Origin: Chrysomallon squamiferum
Taxonomy: Eukaryota > Animalia > Mollusca
DNA: 64,000 nt
Direction of reading: 5' to 3'
Assembly: GCA_012295275.1 (NCBI GenBank)
Contig: CM022672.1
Span: 4,464,001-4,528,000, forward strand
Shown: positions 1-13,800 of the stretch, piece after piece
Numbering within the stretch: the first letter of the stretch is position 1
Layout: each line of letters opens with the position of its first letter
Position numbers and translations under genes: made by a program
Notes under the pieces: model-generated
What the model saw: the letters and a program-made list of their open reading frames with translations, nothing else
What the model was told of the DNA's origin: nothing
Databases searched by the model: none

Positions 1-1403
1 ATCATCATTATCATCATAAAGTAAAGATAAGAAATCGAATACCCGTGTTGATGAAAGCGGAAAGTAATAAATCGTAAATGTATTGAAGTTAAAAGCCTAG
101 CTAATACATAAAAGGCAATTAAAATTATTATTAAAATAACAAATTGAAAAAAAAAAAAAACAGAATGATTTAATTGGATAATCCATACTCAAATTAATTA
201 TACGAGCTGAGTTAAAAAAAAAAAGAAAAGAAGAAAAAAAGAGTTTAGTTCGTGTACGCTGAAAGCGAACGTTCTGCGTTCTATTGTTCTGTCATTACGT
301 CTGCAAGTCCTCGAGGAGAGGAAAACACCACTAAGTGCTACAAAATTGTTACGCTTTTAACCGCCAATTAAATCCTTATTCTTAGTAAACAACCTAATAT
401 GCACTACTTGTGTAAAACAAAACCTTCCATTAGAGCGATCGCGTAAGTCTGCTTAAGAGGTTTATCCGCTACTGGGGTCATTATAATCACAATGGCTTGG
501 ACATTAACCCTTTCAGGAACGCGGCAGGTCATACAGTCGTGTTTATATAAACATGCTGGGTACGTTAGGTCTAAATTTCAATTTGCATAGTCACTAGTTT
601 GCAATCAGACGTCGCAGACGATACTTCAGAACGCGAAGTGAAATAAACATGTCTTGCACTAGGTCAATGTGTTGAACACTTTTTTTTTTTGTATTCAGTT
701 TATAGTAATTTCTCTTTGATCTGTTGTACTACTCATCAGAATTTATAACATGAATTAGTTGTTAATTTTTAATTCAAAATCGATACCTATTTGTTATTTT
801 TAAATGATGAACAAAGATAGTAAATTCATTATTTCAAGACGTGTAATACATATTAATTATCCTGTTTTGTCCTTTTAAAAACGAAACAAAAACCTTCTTA
901 ATTAATTTTTAAAGTGTTAAATTAACGAATATTAATTATTATTACAATAAAGATCTGTGTTTGAAATATTCATTAAACAATTAAAAAGTAAGTTTTAATA
1001 CGCGATCATTTGGTTTAATGTCTACATCGCATTCTCGTAATAACACATTTTATACTGTCGCTTCCAGAACTGTTCAGCTGATAAACAGAAAGGCTGGAGA
1101 AAAGATTAATACGTATGAAAAATAACTACTTTTAGTGTATTATAGTATGCATCAATATGCACCAAAAAGACATGTGCTGGCGTGCGCGCGCACACATGGA
1201 CACACACACATACATATATATAATGTTTTTAAACATTTTAATGATTAGCTGATGCTGAAGACCAATCCAGATCTTACGAATAATAAGGAAATGCATATCA
1301 TACCATTCTTTTTCTTAACGCTATCTCTGCAAGTAGTACAACATTAAGAAACGAAATTAAGTTATTTTAGTTAGTTACTATTTCACAACTTAAAATTCAA
1401 GTC

Positions 1404-1451
<48 letters not shown>

Positions 1452-1960
1452 TAAACAATTTTGAAATCAAAAGATGGAAAAAACTCAACTTTGTCATTTT
1501 AGTGTTTAAGACCGTTTATATATTTAGGTTTGGCGTCTTTAATTCCGGTTATCTTGATACTATCTGGAGTATCAGTGTGGGTGTATCTTGATGACATTTT
1601 GTATATGGGATACTTAGAGCTACTACTTGACACCTTTACAAGTAGAAGTAAAAACTGGCTCCTGTTATACTGACGTTTAAAAACCTATTAACGTTCTAAA
1701 TTTGGTTATTTACAAGCAGTTCTCTTTAAGTAACTGGATACGTTTAACAATTCATACAAACGTAACAGCTTCAAAAACGAAATATATTAACGGAAGCCAT
1801 GTCATAGACGTGCAGTTTCGAGCCTAAGAACGGAAGTAGTTCTGTTTGTGCATTTCCGACACTGATTTGTCCCTGAACATTGATCTTCCATTTGGAAGAT
1901 CTTATTCCATTTTTTTTTTTTTTTTTTTTACCACGTTAAAAAAATTTTAAAAAAAAAAAG

Positions 1961-1991
<31 letters not shown>

Positions 1992-2473
1992 AAATTAGTT
2001 ACCTTCCTAATTTTACAGTGAATCACGATCACATCCAGAATATATTACCACTGCTTTTGTTTATTTATTTTTTACACTTATATACAAATAGGCACACAAC
2101 GTGAGTATCCACATATATTTGTTATTTTAGTTTTTGTTCCTTCATTCTTTATTGTATTATTTTAAAATTCTTCTTCTTCTTCTTGTTTTTGATTATGATG
2201 GCGATGATAATGATGATCTTTCAGTAAAATTGGAATTAGTCTAAATGTCTTGCTTATTTCATTTTTTTTCAATTACACATTAATTCATTTACCGTCTCTC
2301 GGTTATTCATTTATGGAAAGATATCCAGAATATAATATATAATAATGGGTATGCTATAGTGTTATATAGCTGCAAGTTTTAATAGTACTAGTAGTTGTAA
2401 TTTATTTTATTTTAGTATTTTCAAAGTTTAACCTATTAGTATTACACAAAAATGATTATATGCTTGTGTGTCC

Positions 2474-2750
2474 TATATATATACAAACACACACGCACAC
2501 ACACACACACACATACATACCATACATACATACATACATACATCTATACATCCATACATCCATCCATCCATCCATCCATCCATCCATACATCCATACATC
2601 CATACGTTACATAGACATACCTACATACATTACATATGCATACATACCTACATCCATACATACATACAACCATACCATACATAACCTACATGCAAACATA
2701 CATACAACCATACACACAACCATAAAATACACACACACACACACACACAT
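2474..2750. repeat. (CA)n/(CATA)n/(CATC)n low-complexity tract
   Basis: Directly visible. Confidence 0.92.
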
Positions 2751-3990
2751 CCACAGTTCTTTCCTGTTTAAATCGATCATTCGCCATTCTGTCGTTTCGA
2801 AAGTAAACCTTTAACTTTTAATTCTTTTTGCCATTAATTAAATCTGAAAATACATTCATTTCTTCTCAGGGATGTGATTCTAGCACGAGAACAAAACACA
2901 AACCAGAACAGCGACAAATAAATACTTTTCACACTTTTAAATCTCTATTAGCGTTTTAACAAAATCTGTAGTTCTCACAATTCCTTTCGCTTTGTAAGTT
3001 AAACATCGCATACAACTTCATTATCACATCATCTCAGTTTATTTTAGCATTAAAACACTAGTTAAAGCCTACTCTGTTCTCGCAATGCCAGTTTCAGAAT
3101 TCACTAAACCCAGATAATAGAAATTTTAAGCGAGACTCCCCCCTTGGTTGCTGCTCAAAGAACAATATTGATTTAATTTCTCAATTTAATTCGTTCCTGT
3201 TGAGTCAAGGTCGTTGAAGGTTACGGTTCTTGCATGTCATTTTAAGCTTATTAAGGGGCACACTTCCACTCGAAATCCCCTAGAATGCTGATGTCAACAT
3301 TTTGACACGTCCTCGAAGATTGTAGATTTGTTGCATGACAATAAAGTTATACCCGGGGATAATGAAGTCATCCGGATTTAACAGCATGGAGCAAATATAT
3401 CGCCCCGTTGAACACCGCTGTTAAACACTGGAACAGCCAGCTTGGAGAAACGTAAATAAAAAGCGTAACTATTACACCCTATTGTAGTAAAGTTATCCTT
3501 TCTTTGAGGAGAATGTAAACAGTAAACAAAAGGAAAACGTTTCGCCTTAATGAAGGTATTAGGAAAGCAAATCTACCCTTTGAATTTGTGGAGAATGCGA
3601 GAACGCTGTGAAAACAAGGATAAAATCCGTAAATTGGTCACTAATTAAGCTTGGATCACACATTGCGGGTCACCCGCCAGCGCTTTTTGTGTACCTCTTT
3701 AGGCTGATCCTACCAAATGCATTGTTTATAACAATAGCTTGGTTAATTCTAATTAGAGAGTCTTTTTGACAAGGTATGGTGTTTTCTTCACAAGTTACCA
3801 GTTAGGCAATGTTGTCATATGTGGAGTATTTCTGATAGAAAGGTAATAAAACCACACGCCCAACATTTTGAGAAGCAGAAGAGTGAAACGTTTCCGACTA
3901 GAACTGTCACTGCTGGTATTTACTTGAGACAGCTGTTGTGGACAATTATTTACAAACATTTACCAACACGTTTGTGGAAGTTTACTAATC

Positions 3991-4723
3991 ATGATTATGA
4001 ATCAGTCGACAGAGAAAAAGAATTCTTTTTCAATAGAGAATTTGTCGAAAAGTAGCGTCAACGATTCTGAAAATCATCCGGAAAAAGTGAAAAATATTTC
4101 AACGAGTGGCGAAAACTTTTCGGAGAAAGTCGCAAACTTCCGTGAAGTTCCAACTTCTCCTCTAAGAACTCTTCCCTGTTTTTTGAATATGCCACAGTTT
4201 GAATTTTCGTTTCCAGAGAATTATAAATCTGTTTCTGGTATTGAGCTAGAACAAAGTGTTTCTCCAGTACGTACCGAAGACGAACTTTCGAACGGTCGTA
4301 ACCGGAATCGATCGGAAAACGACGAATGCCGAGACGTCAGAACCAGCACGCCGAAAAGTTCGTCGTCCGGTTATTCGAGTATCACAGAAAGAAGTCTGAC
4401 ACCGATTTCAGGTAAGAAAACAGCAATATTTTATACTTTATTTTAAGAATCAGTTGTTATTTACTTATATTACAGCAATATTTTATACTTTGTTTTAAGA
4501 ATCAGTTGTTATTTACTTATATTACAGCAATATTTTATACTTTATTTTAAGAATCAATTGTTATTTACTTATATTATCATAATTAGAAAATCGTTTCGAC
4601 TGTTGAATATTCATTCAAAAATACATTGTTTATTATTATTACTATTATTACTATTATTACTATTACTATTACTATTACTATTATTACTATTACTATTACT
4701 ATTACTATTACTATTACTATTAC

Positions 4724-4756
<33 letters not shown>

Positions 4757-5130
4757 AATTGTTTTTTAAAATCTAATTTTGTCGCAGACGTTTAGAGTTA
4801 TTTTTTAGGATCCCAGAAATCAACAAACTCGATTTGACCTCTATATAATGAAACATATTTAATGTAATTGTCATTATTTAAAACTTATTAATTAGCTTGT
4901 AACAAGTGATACATATAAGAATCAAGAACAAATTAAACAATACAATAATAAATATTTCTTTTTAACTTTTTTTTATTTGTATGTTTTTGCATTAGATAAC
5001 TTGTTTTCCATTACGAATGACAGTTACATAAATTAATAATTCATTATTATATTGAATTTAATTCAACATTTAACTAAAGTGATTTGGATCCTGCATGCCA
5101 TTTTGGTCATACATAATATAACACAATTAG

Positions 5131-5173
<43 letters not shown>

Positions 5174-5444
5174 TAATAGAAATAAACTTTTTCTTCTATT
5201 AAAAGTCAGCAGAGACGAAACAAATGTATATTAATGTTACTTTTCTATGGTTTTTTTCAGACGAAGACGTGTGTCATGCAGACAGAGACACGGGAAGGAA
5301 GAAGAAAGCTAGGACGGCGTTTACCAACAATCAGATACATGCACTGGAAAGACGATTTTCAGAACAGAAATACCTCGCAGCCAGTGAACGAAGTGACGTG
5401 GCATCCAGCCTCGGTCTTACAGATCAACAGGTGGGCGTTGTTTA

Positions 5445-5479
<35 letters not shown>

Positions 5480-6289
5480 TAATAAAAATAATAGAGGTAG
5501 TGGTAGTAATATTATTTATTAATAATAATTATTATAACCAAAAACAAAAGGATATTTGAAAGCTTTCTCTTATTGCATTTCTCATATTTTATAACTCTCC
5601 CTTTCAGTTAAAGTATTATGTACGTTAAATATAATTAAAGGATTACAGTCAGACAGAGATTTATTATTATTATTATTTTTATAGTTTAATACTCTTATTG
5701 CATTTCTCATATTTTATCACTATCTTTTCTCACTCTCTCTTTCAGTTAAAGTATTATGTACGTTAAATATAATTAAAGGATTACAGTCAGATTTATTATT
5801 ATTATTTTTTTTTTTTATAGTTTGATATGATTAAACTGATTAAAAATGTCATTTTGCTTTTTAAATTTTTTGTTATAATTCTTGAATTTCCTATTATTAA
5901 AGGTTAAAACATGGTTTCAAAACAGACGCATGAAAGAAAAACGACAACACACAAGCGCCAAAGACGACCAGACAGTTGCATTTCCATCAGGAGGGGTCGA
6001 CCTCGCACAGCTTCAGAGTTTCGGACTTCCTTACTCACCTCATTCTGCGTTAGCCACACGAGGATCGTTTTCGCATTTCCTTCCGGGACAAAGTATTCGA
6101 CCGGAACTAGCTGTGCCAGAAATTCACGGAATGACACGATCGTTTATGGCGCCAGGTTTAAGCGGCCACCCAATGATGATGTACCCACCCCCTGTCCCTG
6201 GGTACGGTTTCATGCCTTTACCAGGACATTTAAATCAACTAGCGATGTCAAGTTTAGGACATTCGCAGTCAATGTTTTCAAAACGATGA
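3991..6289 (+). CDS. ANTP-class NKL homeobox transcription factor (Vent/Tlx/Bar-like), 3 exons, ~325 aa
   Basis: Exons 3991-4411 (phase 1, g|gtaag), 5261-5430 (ttttcag| ... cag|gtgg, phase 0), 5903-6289 (taaag|GTT...TGA). Joined homeodomain KKKARTAFTNNQIHALERRFSEQKYLAASERSDVASSLGLTDQQ|VKTWFQNRRMKEKRQ, with the NK-typical intron between HD codons 44/45. N-terminal eh1 motif SFSIENL; Pro/Met-rich C-terminus. Start could instead be the ATG at 3997. Confidence 0.93.
4420..4575. repeat. Tandem repeat, ~52-bp unit x3, in homeobox intron 1
   Basis: acagcaatattttatacttt.ttttaagaatca.ttgttatttacttatatt repeated three times. Confidence 0.9.
5566..5823. repeat. Tandem duplication, ~125-bp unit x2, in homeobox intron 2
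   Basis: ctcttattgcatttctcatattttat...ctttcagttaaagtattatgtacgttaaatataattaaaggattacagtcaga...atagttt occurs twice. Confidence 0.88.
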
Positions 6290-8540
6290 AGAAATATTAT
6301 TATTAAAAAAAAAAAAAAAAAAAATGTGCCAAAGTAATAAACTATGATTTGCAGTGTGGCTTTACAGTGAGTGCTATTTGTATATATTGAAATAATATTC
6401 AGACACATTATATTAAATTCTTCTTTAAACTGATGTATATCAGTTGTGACTGCAGGTGCAATAAATATTTTTCTTGTGTGTAACCAAACCAGTTTGGTTA
6501 GTGATTTTATGTGACAATGTGAAAAAACTGCTCATAACTGCCTGTGTAAAAATGTTGTTTATTAAATGCTGGATTATATGTAATCAAGAAGACTTGTTCA
6601 TTTTTTTTTTATAAATCCTTATGGAAAGCTAGTTCCTCTCCTTTCTCACAAAACCATATTGTCTTTTCCGATTGTTTAAAACTATTCTGTATCGATATTA
6701 AGAACTTTTTGAAAAGTAATTTTAAAATTACTGAATTAATTACAGTTATTTTGTTGAAATATGCAATGTTATTACGACCTGGAAAAGTGGGTGCTTCGTA
6801 AATTATTGTCAGTGTCTTTCCACATTTCTGGTTTCATTCGGGCGAACATTCACCAGTTTAAAAGTTGGATTGAGCCAGTACACAATTAAAAATACCAAAC
6901 AACACAAAAAGGATTACCATAAATATTTTAATTTTTTTTTTTCTTTTTCACAAACCATATTATTATAAAATATAATATGGAAAAAGAAAAACAAACGGCC
7001 TCACAACTCTCATTAAAAAAATAACTACGTCATCAGGACATAGTTTCGTATTACAATCCAATTACATGTCTAGCAGAGTCAGACACGCTTGCTAATGTTA
7101 CTATCAAATTAACGAAGATATCGTATTCACCAAAAAGGTTCCTTTTAACTAGACACTGTGTTTTGTTTACTTCTCAACACACTGCAACTTTAATCTTTCC
7201 TTTCCCTTCGTTAACAAAAGATTTAGTGACATCTGACCGTCACCTTAATTAACCATATCCGGTAATTTCGCTATATAACAACGCTGGCTCCGTAAATCCA
7301 TCAATTCTTTTTATACTTTACTTATTATATACGTATATTTATAAGCTACAAAACTGTCAGCCTTTGATCTAGTTGTGCTGGTCCTCAATTAAGGAAAAAG
7401 AATGGAAAGCATTAAAACGTTACTCACGGGAAAAACTGCAGAAAGGATCATGGGTCAAACAATTCAAAGCGCTTTAAGTTAAGTACACTTTTCGACTGAA
7501 AACAATAAGTTATATAACAAGCAATAACGATACGACAAACACGTTGCACTCACAACAACAAAACATTTAACACGAAGCAAATTCTTTCATAGATTCATTT
7601 CCAGTTAATAATACAACTTTGATTTTTATTCTTTAATTATGTACAAATACACATGCATATAATTATATTATAAATACACATTTATGAAATTAATATTATT
7701 CATTACTAATACAATAAATAGGACGGATTAAATGAATATATTATGTCTATACATTATCATCTTGTACAGTTCATTTTAAAATAAAACACAATTAAAAAGA
7801 AAAAGTTAAAATAAAAATATGACAGATGTGGACAGAGAAATATTAATAATACTGAAAAACTCATATCACAGACAGGGTGGGGCTTGCTATAAAGTAAAAA
7901 ATAAATATTGTGATAAAGAAACTAGAAATTCTCTACAGAAACTAATAAATAATAAACATAACTAATTTTTAAGACTGTACACTTTTTTCTCCCTTTGTGA
8001 GTTTCATTTGTTTCTATGACATTAATAATATATTATACAAGTATAAATAATTAGGGTGAATGAGTTATGTTACAATCAAGACAAAAAATGCAAATAAAAC
8101 CATAAGGAATAAAATGTTCTAGGTTCACAAACTGGTTTCACAAACTGGTTTAAATGAATTAAATGAGATCAGTTTTTTATGCATTATAATTTAAGCCATG
8201 TAAAACAAGTATTTGTAAGGCACAACCAAGAATAAAGATCATCTGGAGAAGAGTTAAAAGTACATTAGTTATATGGATGTAAAAATGGAATTAACTGAAG
8301 AATCAGTGGTTATATTTATTTTATTATTGTTTTCATTTCTAATAATTAAAAAATGATAATAAAAAAAAAAGTAATAAAATTTGATTTTATATGAAAATAT
8401 ATGAAAACTGCAAGAAAAAAAGTGCAGAAAATATCACTATAAAGAGATAACAATGATCATGATTAAAAAAAAAACATAAAAGAAATTAAAATAAGTTATT
8501 TTCAGTTAGTTATTATATCACAGGTGAAAATTCAAGTGAA

Positions 8541-8602
<62 letters not shown>

Positions 8603-9865
8603 GAATAATAATAACTGAAATAAGAAGATTACAATAATTTGCTCAGTGATCCATTCACTGTGGACAAGGACTTGAACAGCCAAGTGACACATGTTCTGAC
8701 TTTGGCTTCTGCAATGGTTTACTGGACATGTCAGTGATTAGATAAAGTATGGGTAATACTAGGAACTGCAACTGGAGATTATGGTCTGCAAGGCATGCTA
8801 TAGTAAGTAGACAGTACATCATGTCATTGGCAATCGCAAGTTACATTACCATTTTGGAATATTTTACTTTCAGCAAATTACAGTAATGAAAGGTGTCCAA
8901 GCCTATCATACAGCTAAAACTGGAAATAAATGATAAATAAATGATTTTAACATACTATATATGGATGTAAAAATAATTCTTGGTGGAATTTAAAATAAAT
9001 TGTGATACACTGGTACAAAAATAAAAATCTGAACTTTTTATGTATATAGTACTGTATGGAAGGGAATAAAAATAGAGGGATTTTTTTTTTTGAAAAAAAA
9101 AAGAAGAAAAAATTGTATGGAATGTGACATTTTTTCATTAAAATTGTAGAAGACAACATTTTCTTTGAAACAGTAGTTAAAATTTTAGATATTTTTTGAT
9201 ATTTTACAGTTTAGTTTTATTATTATTATTTTGTAATATGTTACATGGACCATATTACTTTTTTATCCATCAGTTTTAGACCCCAAGTCCTCACCAATTG
9301 GTTTGGAAGGTGTGTACCTCCCCTTTATTTTGATTAGGAATAAATCGGCCTTCATTCCCCGTTTTATTAGTTTGATAAATAAAACTAGCTGATGTCTTCT
9401 CTTTCTTTTTTCATCAACAGTTTTTGACAAGAAAATGGAAACAATACAGTTAATCTACTAAAATGTATATATGTACAATAAAAAATAACGATTTTGTTAA
9501 TTTAGTTTTGTGTATAGAATACAGAGAACAAACAGCATTTTATTTTCCGGAAGACAATATATAAAATTTAGTTTAAAAATAAAATGCTATTCCTGTAAAT
9601 TAAAATAATAAATAAAAAATTAGAAAGAAACAGAATTAAACAACAACAAAAGAAAGAACTTAACATCGCTTCCCACAAAAACTAATAATAGTAAAAAGAA
9701 ATAAAAAATAATAAAAAAAAAAGAAAGAAAAGAAGAAATATAAATCCATAAACAGAACAGTAATAAAAAAGAAACAATTAAACAGGTTTTTGTCTTCACA
9801 ATTTTCTTAGTTTTTTTAAAACAGATTTTCACAGTATATAAATTATAAGTCGGAGTTTGGTTTCT

Positions 9866-10852
9866 TCACTTGATGAATTTCTTTGAAAAAGTTGGCTGTG
9901 GAAGTGGTCGTGTTGGATTCAGTTTCTCATCGTGTAGGGGTGAACCTGGGAGGGGTTCTAGTCTGGGAGGGAGACCACCCACGTTCAGACTCGGAGCACT
10001 CAAATGTTTAGTAGGAAGTTTGTCTCCTTTCTTTTTCTGAAACAATTAGTTAATTATTATTAAAATTCCACACAGACACAAATCATTCCTCACTGCTTCA
10101 AAAACATATTTTTCCAACATTTTGTATTAAATTTATTTCAAATATTCACTTTCATTTAAATTATGTTTTGTCAGTATTTGATTTAATCTCATCGATGATA
10201 TAACAATGTAAACACTTTGTTGCAGTGATTTTCTTCTTTGAAGCAATTTTCCAAAACATTTAACTAATTGGTATAAAACATAAAATGTAAAATATGGGTT
10301 GAATATTAAAGAAAGTACAAGTGACTAATGGAATTGGGTTCAGCATAAAATGTAAGACATTTATGAAGATTCAGGTTGTGAACAAACAAATACTGACTGT
10401 GATAAATTCAACTTTTTCACATTAATAGTTCCCAAGTGTCAGACCTGAATTTTCTGACATCAGCATTAAAAAGAAAATGAATAATAACCATTCCATGCAT
10501 TGTTCTTAATGATTAGCAGCAAGTATTTTTTAAATTGACCTACCCAGGACTGGAAGTACATAATTTGGCTTTTGACTAGTTTGTGGAATATTGTTTATAA
10601 TGGGAAATAGACCAAAGAAAACACTGAGAAGGAACATTCATGGAAAATATTACTCTTCAACCATTCAACTGTTTACTACAATGGTCTGCTTATGACAGTA
10701 GTACCAGATAAATGATATACAACACTTACTTTGTTATTGAATGTTAATGGATTGAGAACTCCAACATTTGGACTCGAATTGAAAACTTTGTTGAAGTTTG
10801 TCTCCCTGTTTACCAGTTCCAGTTGGTAGAATCGCTTCTCATCCTAAAGTAA

Positions 10853-10889
<37 letters not shown>

Positions 10890-13800
10890 AAAATAAAAAT
10901 AAAAATAAAATAAAATAAAATAAAATAAAATAAATAAAGAAAAAATAAAAATAAAAGCACAAAACTCCACATTACATTCAAAACTTATATCCTGTATAAT
11001 TTTTAAATACTGATATCTTTACTTGAAAGAATGTATTCAAAAAAAATTTAAAACAAAATTTTTTTTTAATGAAAACTTTTAATTAAAAATTTAAATACAC
11101 TGACTTCTTGATTTTTTTTCTGATTTTTTTTACATAATGACTTTAGTTAATAATTTGACTGACATGTGAATTTATTTTCAGTGTCACTATTTTTTCTCAG
11201 AATATTTATAAAAAATCTTTACAGATGTGCAGTTTATGAAATAATATCTGTGTCAGGCCATCATAACCTTATTCTTTTCAGAACAATTCAAAATAAAAAA
11301 AGATATTTTTTCAAAGCTGGTGTTGAAAACAAAACAGTTTATATATATATCAAGAACACTGTAAAAACAGAGGAGTGTTAGTGATTAAAATCTTTTGAGA
11401 AAACAAACACAACTCACAATGATTTCTTTTATTCTGAGTTCTCGTTCTTGAACTGCTTCTCGTAGCTGTTGTATGAGTTCCAAGTCTTCCGGACGTGAAT
11501 CTCGACTGTCATACCTTTCTTCAGCCTCCTGCAGACTGCAAATAAATAAATAAATAAATAGTCATCAACGCAAAGTTAGTTAATTTAAGAAAAAGAAAAA
11601 CAGAAGAAAGATCGAAAAACTGAAATAAAAGAAACTGGGTATGAATAATGATAAATAAATGTTTATAACATTAAAATACTTTGACTCATAAAACAGATAA
11701 AGCAAGCTTAGTTTTTATTTTTCTTAAATGTGCATTTTACATCAACAAATACACTCCTATCTTATGTAGATAATTATTATACAGGAGTAATGTGAAAGAA
11801 ACAAAACAACAACAACAAAAAACAAGGTGGAAACATAAACAAGATATTAGTAAGTAAATACATGCTGTGTAGATTATTCTGACATGGCATAATAAAGGCA
11901 TTATGATTTGACCGAATTATTTATGTTAATAATAAAAATAAAACTATCTCTGTTTTCCTGTTACTTGTTTTTAATGAAAAAAAATGGAAAGTAAATATAG
12001 TAAACACTGACAACATTCATTCATATCATCAAACTAGAGGTAAAAAAAAAAAAAAGCCTTTAATGAAAATTACAAGATAGTATTCAGTTACTCTGCCACT
12101 GCTTATACCCATTCTTCAAGACTGTGGGTGTATGCAAAGTCTATTAACAGTGCATAAATATTCTACATTATTCTGTCATGAGCATATTACTGAACTCACA
12201 AGCAGCAGCATAGTGCTGACTGTATATACCAAAATAATTTTAATATTTTTTGTATACCAATTACATTATAGTGTAACAAAAAAGAAAATAAAGTTGTCAC
12301 TCACAGTATCTGCAGTTCATCTATTTTGCTTTTAAGTGCATCCTGAGCTAAATTAAACTGGTTGACCATGTCCTGCAAGTTACGTGCATGATCAGCATTC
12401 AGATTGTCCAGTGCTAGCTGTTTCTCCTTTCTCCAGTAGTCATCTTTAGACCTGCAAAAAACAAAAACAAATGTAATTACTACTTTTATAGATTCTTTAT
12501 ATCTGTCTGTCTGTCTGTCTCTGTATGTATGTATGAAAAACTTTTTCCAAATACAAAAAGAAACGAATCAGATGTTATTAAAACAACAATAATAAAACAA
12601 AACACATACATACATATGCAAAGAAAAGCAAATCCAAATGCAGAACAAAGCACCAAATTTATCCCAACATCCACCCCCAAAAACAAAACAAACCAAATAA
12701 TTAACCTATCAACGAAAAAAAAAAAAACAAAATGTCGCATTCCTGTTCCTCCCAAAAAAAGAACAAAAGGACATAATTATATTAATAACATTAGCAAAAT
12801 TCCTTGAAACCCCCATATATTCCAAAAACAAATAATGTGTAACCCAACTCCAAGAATCAACAGCCTTTCTTAAAACAACTGCTCTGCATAATAATAATAT
12901 TTTTATTTATCTATTTATTTTTTTAAATTAAATCATTAAAAGCCAGATATTTTTCAAAAAAAGATAATTTAAAAAAAATATTTTCCCAAGCATAAAATTA
13001 CTGTTTCCAATACTTTAACATAAAAGCAATACTAAAAGAAACTTCACAGTATTTTATTTTACATCAAACAGACAGAGAACCATAAACGGTCTAGCGTAAA
13101 CTTCACTATCAATTCACATTTCCACTGTTACAGATGATAGTGTCTGCATGTAAAAATAAAATAAAATGTTGCTGAAATGAATAACTGCTAAAAAAAAAGA
13201 TCTGTCATTGATTATAAAACCAAAAACAAATAACAGTGATGTAAATTGCAGTCACATGTATCCAATGCACTAAACAAACTTTAATCTTTAAAAAATTTTT
13301 TATCGTTTCTGTTTTCAACAGATTTCTTGATGCAGAACCACCCATATTAACATATCACTTTAAAAAAAAAAAAAAAAAAAAAAATTACAGTTTAAAATAT
13401 TTTATGTATGTAATCATACTGCCAAGCAATTTGTCACTGTCTCATTCAGAAATATGTTTTCTCAGACGTGTATTTGCAATACATGATATCACACACATTA
13501 TACTTGGGTACACTATAAAACAAATTTAATTTTTTCATCTACACCTACATGCACACATCCACATCCACATCCACCTCCATAGAAATCTATATGGGCAAAT
13601 ACAAAAGTATTATTATTATTATTATAATTATTAAAACTTTAATTATTTTGTGAAGTCAATATACCAGTATATAGCAATGAATAATATACCAGCCAATTAA
13701 GGATGTGAAATTAGCTTACGTTCACTGATGGTTGAAACATGACTGTTTCATGCATAGACTTTGATAATGCTGGTTTCAGCATGTGATTCTAATAGCTATC

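Noticed and set aside
2452-2814. His/Thr/Tyr-rich ORFs (also 47085-47556 and 55319-55591)
   Set aside because: Translations of CA/CATA microsatellites; no splice or homology support.
4420-4575. Regular repeat array as a possible CRISPR
   Set aside because: Head-to-tail units with no unique spacers, inside a eukaryotic intron.
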